Shown here: positions 14,307-27,739 of the stretch, in pieces
Layout: each line of letters starts with the position of its first letter
Numbering within the stretch: the stretch's first letter is position 1
DNA from: the human T2T-CHM13v2.0 reference genome, Homo sapiens
Reading direction: 5' to 3' (one strand)
NCBI RefSeq assembly: GCF_009914755.1
Contig: NC_060929.1
DNA length: 64,000 nucleotides
The notes under the pieces: generated by a model
Seen by the model: the letters and a program-made list of their open reading frames with translations, nothing else
Told to the model about the DNA's origin: nothing
Database searches by the model: none
Made by a program: the position numbers and the translations under genes

Positions 14307-15699
14307 ACTGTTCCCATCTTTATGTCCACATGTACCCAATGTTTAGCTCCTACTTATAAGTGAGAATATGTGATATTTGGTTTTCTATTTCTGCGTTAGT
14401 TCACTTAGGATAATGACCTCCAGCTGCATCCATGTTGTTGCAAATGACAGGAACTCCTTCTTTTTTATGGCTGCGTAGTATTCCATGGTGTGTATGTACC
14501 ACATTTTTAAAAAATCCAATTCACTGTTAATGGGCACCTGGGTTGATTCCATGTTTTTGCTATTGCGAATAGCTTATTGCTTTAAATATTTTAAACACTC
14601 TTTAAAAATTATATTTTAATCAAAGATACATAAGCCCATAATTTACAGTCCAATAATTATTTAAGGTTTTTAAATGGAAAACAGCAGATCTGTCCTCTTC
14701 TTCCCATTTCTCTCCCCTTCCAGCCCATTTAGTTGGTTCTTTTGGAATTTACCTTAAAATATCCTACTTGTGCATTTGGCATCTATTAACTTCCCAGTAT
14801 AAAGATGAGAATTTAGCTCTCTTTTACACACTTCCCCTACCCCCTTTACAAATAAACACCCTCCTGCTCCTCCACCCCTTCAATAAAGACAGATAGCATT
14901 TTGGTTAGCTCCGTGTTTATGTAATTGGGCCTTACAAATGCCATTCACAGCCAAGCCAGGAAATGCACTGTGAAAAGTTCTTTTCTTGAATGGCTTCTTT
15001 TCTCTCCTACCTAATTTTTGGTGATGAACAAATAACCCCTCTGCAGAGGAGGAAGCAAAGGTCTGCATGTGGGCTGGAGCCAGACTGCTCCCCGGTCTGA
15101 AGGGGCGTGCGAGGGGTCCCTTCCACACCCCCAAAAGAGGCCCCAGGCGTTCCTCCTGCCCTCCCCTGGAGTTTGGCAGGAGAGTGTGTGGGGCACCATT
15201 TCTCAGATGGAAATAACTAGGAGTGAAAATGAGGGAATGTTGTAGAAAATGAGGGACAGAGCTAGGTGAGGTGGGGGTGGGACAACCAGAGTCATACAAT
15301 TTGGATCAACATTTTCTAGAAGTTTTTCTTAAAAAGTTGCCACCTGACAGTGTTATAGCAGAGGCCATAAGGCCAAAGACAAAAATAACTGTACACAAGC
15401 GCACACACACAGTTGCCATCTGAAATAACAACCCCAGAAGCAGGAAGGAGGCATGCTGCCTGCGGGGCTTTGTTCACCACGGGCCTCTGGGTTGCAGTGG
15501 CACTTCCCAGAGGCCAGTTCTTTGAGCAGCGGCAGGAGCCCTGAGCGTGCTGGACAGCGTTCTGGACATGCGGGGGCAGTGCTCATCCTGCTTGGCTCTT
15601 CCCTGCTGAGGACAGGCAGGCCAGAGTTACTGAGACTGGGGCAGAGGTCAAGGGGTGGGCTTTTGAAAACAGGCCCCTGCAGCTATTCTGCACTGGCCG

Positions 15700-15840
15700 C
15701 AGGGTCAGGAGCTGCATCCGGTCTTAATTCTGCTCCTGCTATGTGGCCTCAGAGAGGTCACTTATCCTCCCAGAACCTTAGTTTGTGCATCTGTAAACTG
15801 ACCCCTATTATACAGGACTATTATAAGGATGGAGAGATAG
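15700..15840 (+). mobile_element. MIR
   Basis: tgctatgtggcctcagagaggtcacttatcc...agtttgtgcatctgtaaa. Confidence 0.55.
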
Positions 15841-16178
15841 CCGCCAAAAAGAAAAAAAAAGCACAGGGAGTTGATGATGCTACGGACCAGGTGGGAAGCC
15901 CTTAAGGCCTTACCAGGGTGGAAAGAGACAAGGGGCTAGAATGACACACGCATGAGCCAGCGCCATTTGGCCCTGCGACAGAGGAGCGCACAATCCCTAT
16001 TGCTGAAATGGGAATGTGATCAGCTGGTTCTAAAAGGGGTTCCATGAATGTTTTCAAAGATGGATGGAGATGACTGGGTAGGCCTGGAAGCTCCTCCAGC
16101 TCAGCCCTCGTGGTTGAGTGTGCATTGAAGTTTTGACATGCAGAGGACATCCTGGAGAGCCTTGGTGGCCCAGGCCCA

Positions 16179-16252
16179 GGTCTCACTGAGGAAGTAAAGT
16201 GAATCCACACCCAGCAGTAACTGGCAGTTCCTTTTACTTCCTCAATGAGACC
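16179..16252. repeat. 74-bp inverted repeat with 20-bp arms
   Basis: ggtctcactgaggaagtaaa ... tttacttcctcaatgagacc; 19/20 complementary. Confidence 0.9.
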
Positions 16253-17048
16253 ACGTAAGCTCCTTGTGAACAGAGTTTGAACTCATCCCTCCTGTGGCCT
16301 CAGAGAGTGGGCAAAGGGCGGGGCACTGGGCAGGGAATCCATGAGACCAATCCATAGATACTGGTATAACTAAGGGCACAGCACCAGTCCTCTAGCTGAT
16401 GGCCTTGAGACAATCTTATAATTCAAAGGCCACAGCTGTGCCCATGCAGATCTCACGTCACCTACATCACACCTGCAGCCCCGGGAGCACCATCTTTCCA
16501 CCAGAGAGTGAGACTGATGGCACCCAAGTGATGACAGTAATGTACATGCATGTGTGGGATGAGGAATGTCACTGCCGTGCTGGCCTGGGCCTAGGCCTGC
16601 TCTGTGCCTGCTGGCTCCTGTCATGCTGATGGTGGGCTCTGTCTACTGCTAATTGAGTCTAGGAAGCCCTGCTGTCAGCAGCGGTCTCTGGCTGTGGTTG
16701 ATGCTGAACTCCTAAGGGCAGATTTTATCAGCCCTAAGCAGTTGTTGGTATGTAGTTTGCATGTTAAAAGAGGCGTAGCATCCTGACAGGTGCTACTGGA
16801 ATTGCAGAATACATATTCACAGGTGCCAGCCACCTGTGCTAGACGTCTGTGCAGCCTGGCTGAGGAAGGCAGTGCTCTAGACACTTGAGTGCTCTCCTCA
16901 GCTATTCCCAGACAGCTTCCCAAGTTTTGAAAACAAATAACACTTAGCATGAAGCTAAATTGAATATGACTGAATGTTTCTTTGGGTTCAGAAGACACAC
17001 TAAGCTCTAGCAGAAACTTAGGACTAGCATTAACAATGTCTAGTTTTG

Positions 17049-17418
<370 letters not shown>

Positions 17419-17864
17419 CTAGTTATTTAGGTTTTAATGGCCAAGAAGGGGTTTCTAATCCTTTATTTCAGACTCAGAATTCTGTTTTTGTGCTGGTCCG
17501 TGCTCCCCTTCACACTCCTGAGAAACTCCTTGAAACCAACACCCATGGCTGTGCCCTGGTCCCATGGGAAGATGGATCGAGAACTGTCTGACTCTTAGTG
17601 AGGACCGATGTCCAGGCATCTCAGGAAATCCTCGCATGGCTAGTGTTTTATCTTTTAAGAGGAAGAGGCTCAAGGCCTCTTACAGAGGCTTGGGGGCCTG
17701 GGTCCCAGGGGGCCTTCTGGGTCCTGGAGGCCAGTTATAACTGCTGCCCAAACCTCCCCCACAGCCAAGGGCTAAGGGGGCTGTGCTGTAAGAAGTCCTG
17801 ATCATGAAAACATAGTCTTTTCATGCAGACAGCTATGTACACTACGAAATAATTCTTATTTGCC

Positions 17865-17970
17865 ATAGATTCAATCACAAACACATACTGTGTGCCCACT
17901 GTGTGCTAAGCCCTGGGGACACCACTGTCATCACCAATCAGCCCCTTCATTCATGGGCTCATGGCTTGTG
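17865..17970 (-). mobile_element. L2 3' end
   Basis: attcaatcacaaacacatactgtgtgcccactgtgtgctaagccctggggacac. Confidence 0.6.
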
Positions 17971-19829
17971 GGCGCCAAGACAAATTTGGGCATGCCCAGG
18001 TAGTCCACTGATCTCTACCTGGATATGCCACTGAACCTGGATTTAGAGATGAAGTCTGGGAGGGACTCTAGGAGGAGGTACTGGGAGGGGGAATTTGAGA
18101 GGAAGAAGTATGTCATGGAGAGTTTTGATGGCCAGGGCCAAGTTTTAGACCCAAGGTCCAGCCACCTCCCCTGGGGAGAGGCCAGGCTGAGAAGGACAGG
18201 TAGACGCCCCTGCAGCATGTTTCAGGAAACCTCTCAGCTTTCTTCAGATGGGACTGGTTACCAGAGAGGCCCCAGGAGCCCGTTGATGAGTAAGTATATG
18301 GTAGTGACAAGTGAGCAGAAACCACTTTGTAAGTGTCAACTGCAGGGTTGCCACAAGACTAGAAACTTAAAGGGAAAAAAAGCATGAAAGACCCACCTGT
18401 GTGGTGTGAAGCATGGCTGCCTCCTGGCCTGCCTCGCAGGGATCCCTCAGGCCCACGCAGTCTTTTTGGCAGGGGACCCCTCACAGCTTCCTGCAGGACT
18501 TTTATGGGGACAATGCTGGGCATGCAAACGAGGCCCTAGGCCACATCACACAGCCCCTTCCCTGCCCATCAGGAAGAGCCTGTGCTGGAGGCTGAGCTGG
18601 TAAAGGGCCATGCCACCCACTTTTCCATTTCAGGTTGGTTTTACAGTCCAGGGCCAGAGTGGGGCCCAGCACCCAACTAAAGGTTGCAGTAACTCTGGAG
18701 TCTGAGAAGTCCATTGGGCACAAGTGTGGAGCTGGGGCGGACTGCAAAGCCCTGGACAGACCCCGGGCAGGGACCAATATAGCCTGCTGGTCAGTGTGGC
18801 TAGATCAGATCCCTGGCAAGTGGGACAGGAAGGACAGCATGTTTGAGATTTGGTGTGATTCACCTCAGCTGGCCTTGGAAGAGCAACTCTGATCCTTTGG
18901 CAGAGTCTCAGTCCCCCTCCTGTTTGTGCTGTCCCCGTGCCCTGCCCTGCCCCTAGGAGAACTCCCCGTTGGCCTCTCTGTCTCCTCCTCCAGACTGGAA
19001 GCACTTCCTTCACTTTCTTCCCTCTCTTCTGCCCCCAAGGCAGAAGCTCCTCTCTCTAGCTGCATCTTCAGCCTGGCTCACAGGAGATGCTGATAGATAT
19101 TCATACAAACAACAAACTGGCAGTAAGGAAAAAAGGGACAGGGATTGGGAGCCAGGGAGCCAATTTCTAGTTGTGTTTGGCCTATCAATGTCTGTTTACA
19201 GTTTAGAAGGGGCTGATTTCAGCTAAGGCTTAAAGCTGACATCATCCCTTGTAAAGCAAAATGGAATTCTTCCCAAGTAACTTAACCGTGAGAACGGCCA
19301 TTTGCTTCCAGACCTACAGGGCCCTTTCATTGCTTCATTGGCTTCTGCAGGCTCTGCAGACCCAGGTTTCTTGCCTACCTCATTTCTTAAGATTTACTCC
19401 TTCTGGCCTCTCTCCCTAGCACCCCCCACACCCCCTAAAATGAGGCCAAAGTAGTTGACTTGGGCTCGGAGACACCCATGCTGAGGTCCCCAAAGGAGAA
19501 GTGTGCTAGGGCCACAAAACACCTGGGGCCTTCCAGAGGCCTCTGCCGCCCCCAGCTTCTCAGCCCACTCCTGTTCTAGCTGAGTCTGGGCAGAGGCAGC
19601 ACAGTCAGTGCTGGTGCCCACTCAGGAGGACCAGTCGGCTTGGGCTGGGCATAGAACTCCAGCCATGCTAGCCAGTCTGTGGTCAGCTCAGCCTGGCAAA
19701 GTGTGCAGTGGACCCAGGGCCACCTGCTATCTGCTCAGCTTGTCCTTGTCTGCTGTAGGATGCCACCTGGCCTGACTCATTTCAGCGCAGCATCCTCAAA
19801 TTTCCTCTGACTGACCCCCATTCACATAG

Positions 19830-19985
19830 CAGGAACCTTATGATTACATGGAGCCCTCTCGGATAATCCAGGATAAACTCCCCTGGGTCTAGAGCCTTAA
19901 CTTCACCTGCAAAGTCCCTGTGCCATGTAAGGGGACATACTCATAGTTTCAGGAAATTGGCTATAACTATCTTTGGGGAGGAGGA
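19830..19985 (-). mobile_element. MLT1 LTR fragment
   Basis: tgattacatggagcc...ggataatccaggataa...cacctgcaaagtccctgtgccatgtaagg. Confidence 0.7.
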
Positions 19986-20212
19986 AGCAGCATCCTGACG
20001 AACACACTGGCCAATTCAGCCCGTCAGCTCCCAGCATCAACCTGGGAAGGCTGATTAGAGGAATGACGGCCTTACGTGTTGTTCTCCCAGTGAATCAAGC
20101 AGCAGGGGCAGGACTCTGAGAGCAAAGGCAGCCCCCAGCAGGGAGGGCGAGGGGGCCTGGGCTGGCTATGCCAAGTGCTGTCCTCCCCAGGCCCTGAAGC
20201 CCGTGCTGCTGA

Positions 20213-20530
<318 letters not shown>

Positions 20531-20799
20531 TAAGTAAAATGCTATTTCCCGATTGCAAAACAGCACATACTCCCTGAAGACAAACTGGAATATAAAGGAA
20601 AGAACTAAAAAGGAAATAAGTCTCCGATGATCCCAACATGCAGAGTGAGCATTCAGGTCTGGTTACCCATGTGGAAATTCTCACACGGTGGGGTCTTTCT
20701 GTATACCCTAACTTTTGTGCTCTTAACCTGTTGGCATTTCTTTTGCCATTGGCCGCTCTTCTAGCTAGAGCGTGATGTGTAACAATGCATAGGATTTGG

Positions 20800-21335
20800 T
20801 CCTTCCCTTCTCCTATAAATGACTTAATCTTTGGTGGCCATTCTGTGTGCCTTTCTCACTAATATTGGTAATGCTGCCACCTACATCTTTTTGTATCATT
20901 GTGATAGTTTCCTTGGGACAGATTCCTGGCAGTAGAGAAGCTGCGTCAAAAGGCGCATAGTAAACTCCAAGAAGGCAGGGACTGTATCTATCATTTTCCT
21001 GGTTTATTCGCAGTGTGAATTCCTGTGGATATGTGAAGACTGACTGACTATGGGAGACTGATGAATAAAGGTGATGAATTTCAAAAATATTCAGCCAAGG
21101 AAATGAGGCCAGACACAAAAGAGTACTTACAAGAAGTTTTAGAATAGGCAAACGAACTTATCATATTAGAAATCAGATCAGCAATGGCCCTTGGCAGGGC
21201 AGTGATGGGGGGACTGACTAGGAAAGCACCGGGAGGAAAGTTCTGGGGATGACAGCAATGGTCTGTATCTTGATTGGCATAGTAGTTACATGGGTGTGAT
21301 GCCTTTGTCAAAATTCACTGAATTTAGCCACTTAT
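20800..21335. mobile_element. Old L1M(C/E) 3' fragments in both orientations
   Basis: Antisense ccttgggacagattcctggcagtagagaagctgcgtcaaaagg; sense gccagacacaaaagagtac...ctgtatcttgattgg...agttacatgggtgt. Confidence 0.6.
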
Positions 21336-23365
21336 TGTTGGCAGTAATATTAGTGTCTTGCTTCTTAAAGATTTAGAGTACACTTGAATTAATGAAAGGC
21401 CCCACATCTGCCCCACCCTCATTCAGCTTTTAAAAGCATTTCCTTTACTCTTCTTTGGCTTAATTGAAACTCTTCTCTGAGCCCCTTTTCCTACCCGTTC
21501 TGCTGCTGGTGATGGCCTCAGTTGTCCCTCACGGGAGCTTTCCCGGGGAGCCAAGGAGGCCAGGGCAGGTGTGGAAAGGCCTCTACCTGACTCCCCGTGC
21601 TGCTGAGACTGCCCTGGCAGACCAGGGAGCCAGTATTCTGAGCTCCAGCCTGCCTCAAGGCTCTCTGCTTTGTAAACCCCATAAGTGGGTTCCAAGAGAA
21701 CAGATTTCCTGAAGTGCTGCCCAGGAATCAAACAGCCCTAACAGTGGACCCTCAGCGTGGCCTCCCTTCCCTGCAGGGCTGGGGCCTTCATGGGAACACA
21801 CCCTGTCCCTCTCCTCTTCGTCCCCAATCGGGTACCTATAAAGTACACTCCAAGTACAATCTTCTCAACGTTTACTCAAAATAGGAAAGAGAAATTCTGG
21901 CGATTTTCCTCCCACCAGCACCTCGCTGTTCCTTGACCTTTTAAAGCCCATTTGATGATGAGAAAGAAAGAACCCACTGTTGAATTCAAAGCTGGCTCTA
22001 AGATCTGACCTTAACACATGAAAATGTGTTCTGGTCCAATGATCATTTTGCAGAATCTAAGTCTGAAAATATTCCTGCTTCAAATCTTAAGTTAAAAAAC
22101 ATAAACATCACTATAGTGTCTCTTAGAGTTTGTTTTCAGGCAATAATTTTTTTTTTTTTTTTTTTTTGCAACAAGTCAGCTTTCATTATTTGTGAACAAT
22201 CTTTAAATTTACCAAGTTTGATAGGCTGGAAAAGGAACCTAGACAAAGCAATAAAATCTCAACAGCAAAGTTCCTATTGATGTGATTACAGTTTTAAAGA
22301 AACAAGAGATGACACATTTAAAAAGTAAACTTTTTATATTGTCCAATTATGCTCAGTAAAAATAAAAATAAGCTCATAGAAGGGCTATGTTTTCAACGTC
22401 CACTTTAATTTCAGACAGTTAAGAGCGGCAATGCATTACCCTTCAAAAATAATAAATAAAGTTCCAGAGTAATTGAAAAGCCTCTTCGTCTCTTCTGAGA
22501 TGGCGCGTCCCATTCTCTGTCATGTTTCCCAATTATCACCGTGAGTGATACTCCCTAACGCAGGGAGCTTAATTGCCATCTTACCGTGTGTTGCATTTAC
22601 CGTGTATTCCTAAAGCAAAATTTGGGAAATTAAATCTTTGAGAATAAAACTGTTCAATCACAATAACACAATTGTGTAGGACCTTTTTTTCTCTTCTTGG
22701 AGTTTACAAACCTCGAAATTCTGCTCTGAGCAAGAAACCCATTTTAGAAATGAGTTAAATGACCCAGAGTCAGGAGAACATCAGATTAACTTTTTCTGAG
22801 CCCTTGAAGCCGAGAGCAAGTCTGAAACATGATTCCCGACCTCTTCTCGCTCTAATAAACTTTTCAAGGAGGGGTCGCATTCCGACCCTGCAGTGCTGGC
22901 TTCTTTCCAGAGCTTTCTAATGACTTGGTATTGTCTCTGGATGAAAACCATCCTGGGAGTGGGAGACCCTTACCTCTGCCCCTTTGTATGTTATCTTGAG
23001 ATTTCGCGGTTGACTGCGATAATCCTTTATAGTTATTTACTATCTAATTGAGAAGCACCCTTTCTGTCATCTGCAGTTTCTTCTACAACAGCAGCAGGCC
23101 CTCTCTTGCTCTGCCTGAGCTCCAATCTTTCCTCTTTTCATCCTTATCTGCCCAAGGATCTCAGGGCTCCCTGGAGCATCAGACCAGCACATCTTGGCCA
23201 AAACGCATAGGTATCTCTTTCAGAGTCTTCTGCTCTTGCTTCCAAATGTCCCTTTTTACCCCAAAAATTTCCCTAAAAATTTTGAGACTGGGAATGTATA
23301 GCCATGAGGAAACCCAAAGGAGGTGTCAAATGCCTTCTAGTCCTGACAAGTTTCTCCCTCTAAGA

Positions 23366-24104
23366 CAGTGGTTCTAAGTGGGGCAGAACTGCCTTGTAGT
23401 GGTTTTTTTGGCAATCACTGGGGCATTTTCAGCAGTCTCAATGATTGAGGTGGGGATGGGGTTGCTGTTAGTATTGAGTGAGCAAGGACCAGGGATACCA
23501 GACATTTTGCATTGTATAAGACAGTCCTTCACAACAATACATTGTCACATGCCCCCATTTTTTGGATATCCCATTGGATATTCACGTAGTTGAAAACATA
23601 TTTATAATTATTTGAGCCTAGAACCTAACTCTAGTTATCCATGAATACAAAGTATTTTGTGCATGGCTTAATATACTTGGAATTTCTCTGGGATACAACT
23701 ACTATAAAAACCAAGGAATGAGTACACATTATTTTGTTCAGAACTTTATCAACAGTTGTTCATCATTATCTCGTTGCCAATGGCAACACAGTGTTGTGGC
23801 ATATGAGTTGCCAATTCCATAAACCTGTATCAGTTGTATTTGTAGAGGCTGCCTTCATGCCAGCATCTGGCTACATCATTATGAATTCCACTGTGGTCTT
23901 GCATATTGAAATATGTAATATTTTACTACAAATTACTTCCTTTGTATTTCTCATTTATATTTTAATTAGGACATCATATTGTGAAATTAAGTGTGGAAGT
24001 GGATTACATTGTCTATAATTTTCGTTTCAGGGCAATACATGGGGTGTTATTAAATATTTGTTCTAAAAAGTCGGCACTGGATCTGAAAGAGTTGAGAACC
24101 AGTG
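23366..24104. mobile_element. Non-autonomous hAT-Charlie DNA transposon
   Basis: Termini cagtggttct... and ...agaaccagtg form Charlie-type TIRs; AT-rich interior; decayed 8-bp flanks ctctaaga / tttgaaga. Confidence 0.75.
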
Positions 24105-26836
24105 TTTGAAGATTTGGCAGTGGAACCCAGTCACTCCTCCCAAAAGAGGGCAGGAGGAGCCTTTGTTCACTTGCGTTTTTTGATAAGTTTTCACTCACCC
24201 AGCACGTAGCCTGAGCGCTTTCTCAGTGCGTCTGTGGGGCTCCCTGTCTATGCGTTCAGGATTTCTCTGATAGGTCTGGGGGCTGAGGCCTCTGGGCCTG
24301 CTGTGTGCCTGTGCACATGGGAAGGCAGCCCTTGCCCATGGAGACTGGAAAATGCTCCCTGTCCAGAGCAGGCAAAAGAACACAAGGGCGAGGCTGAGCA
24401 CAGGAGGTGCTTCCAGGCCTGGCCCCTGCTCTCCGGGAACTCCTTCCCATAGTCTCAGCAGCCATTTCTAGATCCTAGTTAATTTCTATTTTAAAAGCAT
24501 CATCTCATACTTTTATTTTAACTCATCAATTACTATGCCTTTAACCTATCTCCTTTTTAAATCACTCATTTTAAAATTCATTTTTTTCTTTCTTTCTTTT
24601 CTATTTCATCTTAAGTTTAATATCTGAGATTTAAATTCCAGGCTAATTCCTCCTCTCCTGTCTCCTATAGCTGTCAGCCCTTTAGAGCTCTTATTTTAAA
24701 CCTCTTCTGTTTTATTGATTTCTCTCTCTCCTAACTTCTTCCCTTTTTACCTCCATTTGGGGTTTTATGACTGCGCTGTCATTCTTAAAGAAAAATAATT
24801 ACCCTTCTTTATTTTCTCTTTTTGAATAATCTGCATACTTCACAGAGAAAAAAAACATACAAACAAAACCAGGTGTACAAATTACCTCATGGTTAAGCAT
24901 GTGGTGGGGGGCAGCAGCGACAGGTACCAAGTGCCCACAGAAGCTGCCCACATTTCCATGAGTGGGGGTGTTCCAGGAGGCCCTCAGCTCTAGTACTGCT
25001 TTTCCTTTGGGGGATATCAGGTTATGGGGGAGTCATTTACGGTAGCCCCCTCAATCCTTGTTTTCCCCCAGCAACTCTGGAAATTCCCACCCTTAATGAC
25101 TTTTCTTCTTCTACTTGTCACAATCACGCCTTCCCCCAAGCTTGGTCACTAACAGGAAGGTCTTCCCTGACCACCGCAGCCTGAAGTACTCCGTCCAGCC
25201 CTGAATTTGAATGGCCAGCCGCAATGTAGGTCTAACTATATTAAGTGCCTTTTCATTTCACTTTCCTTGCTCTTGCCTTAAAAATAACATTTAGCATCCA
25301 CGTGGGAGGCCAACAAGGCTGCTCCTGAACCTCCAGCCAGTGTACTTGGCAATACAGCCAGGATGAAACCTGGGCTGAGGGCATCTCAGAGCTGGCAGGC
25401 CGTGGACCACAGGGACCAAACTCCTGCTTACTACCTTGGTCGAGCTGCAATTTCACATCCCAAGGGTTGTCTAAAATGAGGGCTGCCCACACCCTGCCCA
25501 CCCCTGTCTTTCCATCAGCCTTAACAGCTTTGTGCAGGCCCTCTCACCGCTGAGCTGGCCTCACACTGAGCTAACTCTAGTGTTCTAATGGCTGGGTTAA
25601 TTCATAGACGGCGGCTCAGAGGGCACTGAATTAACACTTGCCACTTTGCAATAACTCACCAGCCTTCCCGTAGATGCTTTAGCCCACCTCTGGGCCCTGA
25701 ATGTGCTGCTGGGGACAGATCTTTAAATAATTCCCTTCTCACTGAACAGGGCAGCCTGGCTAAGGCAGGACACGCCTGACATTCCAGCATCAGCAGGCGA
25801 TTGACAACTCAGAAATATGGAACCAAGAGTGCCCATGGGGTCAACAGTTTCCAACACTGCTCAGCAAGGGACATGTTCAAAGTGCATCTTGAGCTAGGCT
25901 CTGTTTCTGAAAGTCCAGGTCTCCAGACTGCTTGTAACAACTAAAGCCCGGTTCTGTTGGGGGTGTGGGGGTGGGTGGTGGTGGTCACAAGTAAAGCCTG
26001 CTGTCTCAAGGCCTGAAACTTCAGAGGGGACTCTGAGTGTACTCCCAGTGGGCACCTAACCTCCTGATCGAGGTGGCAGCAGGCCACCGCAAAGGAGGAA
26101 TTGGCAGGGGCTGCCCCATGCCAGGGGCCTCTTACACCTGCTGAGCCCTGATTCAAGGTTCTATGATGAAGACTCCCTGCTCCTCCTGCAGGAATCATCC
26201 CTCCTGACACATTAGCAAGCAACGTTTGGGAAATTGTGCAGTTATGAGGCAGGCACCTAAATGAATCCTGAAGGAGATGGTACATTTTTTAAGCCACTTA
26301 ATTGAATCTGTGCCAGTAAATCTTTTAGTCTTCTCTTAGCATGTAGAATTTCAATTTTGTCCATGGATTTTTGTGCTCAGCCCCCAGTGAAAATGAACAT
26401 TTGTGCTGAAAAGCTTTTTATCAACCGTTCTCAAAATGTCAGTCCCCCTTATCTCCAAAGCCCACCGAAATCTTTGTGCCCGTGGTTTTAAAAATATATT
26501 CTGTGTATGCTGTTTCTCCCTTTCAGATTCTAGCATTCTTTATCTTGGCTTAATCAGAGTCATTTTTGATGTTCATCCCCCTCTTAATCTCCTTAGATTT
26601 CTTTTTAAGGTGAGCTTTCCACTTCAATCCAGCTTCACTGATCTATTAAGATTCTCTGAGGCCGCTGCCTCACAGATGAAGACACGCTTCTGTGGAAAGC
26701 CCTCAGAAAGCCCTCTATTTTAGCGCACAGAAGGTTAATTGCCCAGTTTTTAATTAAATCAGTCATTTTTCTTTAATGTTGTTTGTGGAACTCTGTAGTA
26801 AATTAAGCCATAAACCTGTCCTCCTTTTACGAGGAG

Positions 26837-26876
26837 TTTGAGTTTTGACTGTTGTTGCTTGCAGTCAAAACTCAAA
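26837..26876. repeat. Perfect 15-bp inverted repeat with 10-nt loop
   Basis: tttgagttttgactg-ttgttgcttg-cagtcaaaactcaaa. Confidence 0.92.
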
Positions 26877-26907
26877 AAGGCTGGTCATGGCAAAAGTTAA
26901 TTTCTAA

Positions 26908-26933
26908 AATAATAATAATAATAATAATAATAA
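26908..26933. repeat. (AAT)n microsatellite
   Basis: Read directly. Confidence 0.9.
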
Positions 26934-27739
26934 ACCTTAATGGAAAAAGAACACAAGATATCCTGAAAGAGATCAACTTTTAGGGATTTTAATGGCAAAT
27001 GTTTTATTTGGGGAAAGCTGCTTTTTAATAGTTTTCTGGTAAAATGGTAACAATCTCCAGCCAAGTTGCTGAGCCAGGGGGACCACCCAGGCAGGTCCAG
27101 ATGGGACCTCCCCTCTGGGGTCTTTCAAATGCGGCTGTCATTTGAGCGGCCACCAGGGGACAGCATGCCCCCACCTGCTGATTTGCTAATCAGCACCCCT
27201 GCTGCCCTGAACCCCTGCACGAGGCAGGATGTTCTATCGATTTCTCCCTGGCCCTCTGGTTTCCCATGAGCCTAATCAGCGGTGCAGTCTTCAGTCCTTG
27301 CTCCTTGATTTGTCAGGAGAATGAGTTATCCGAGCTGACGCTCCCTGTGATTTGTAGGTTGGAGAACTCAGCCGTACTGCTGTGACCTTTTCAATATTCT
27401 GTTATTAGATGGGCTGGCCATTTCAACTTCCTCCTGAACAAAGTATCTTCAACATGTGCTGAAGAGGGAGAATGGCCAGTTAATCAGAACACCGAATGCT
27501 GAAAAGGTCGGACCAGGGCCACGGGTATTAACATTCACCATCTGCGTCAGCCTCCTGCAGCCTGCAAGCCTCACGACTGGCAGGGGCTGGTGGTACCCGA
27601 CAAAGGGATGAGGGCTAGCCCTCAGCCCTTCTTCCACCCCTTGCAGACAGGGACTGCTTCTCCCAGTATTACCCTCCTCTAATGGGCAACCCAGACTCTT
27701 GTCATCCACAAGGCCCCACCTGCCTGGGCTTCTGGATCC

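Larger units (their letters stand above)
13718..14572 (-). mobile_element. L1 3' end (L1PA15-16/L1PB-like) with nested AluJ and microsatellite
   Basis: ggggggtacatatgcagg...acccaatgtttagctcctacttataagtgagaatatg; perfect 21-bp TSD cttattgctttaaatatttta at 13697-13717 and 14573-14593. Confidence 0.88.
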
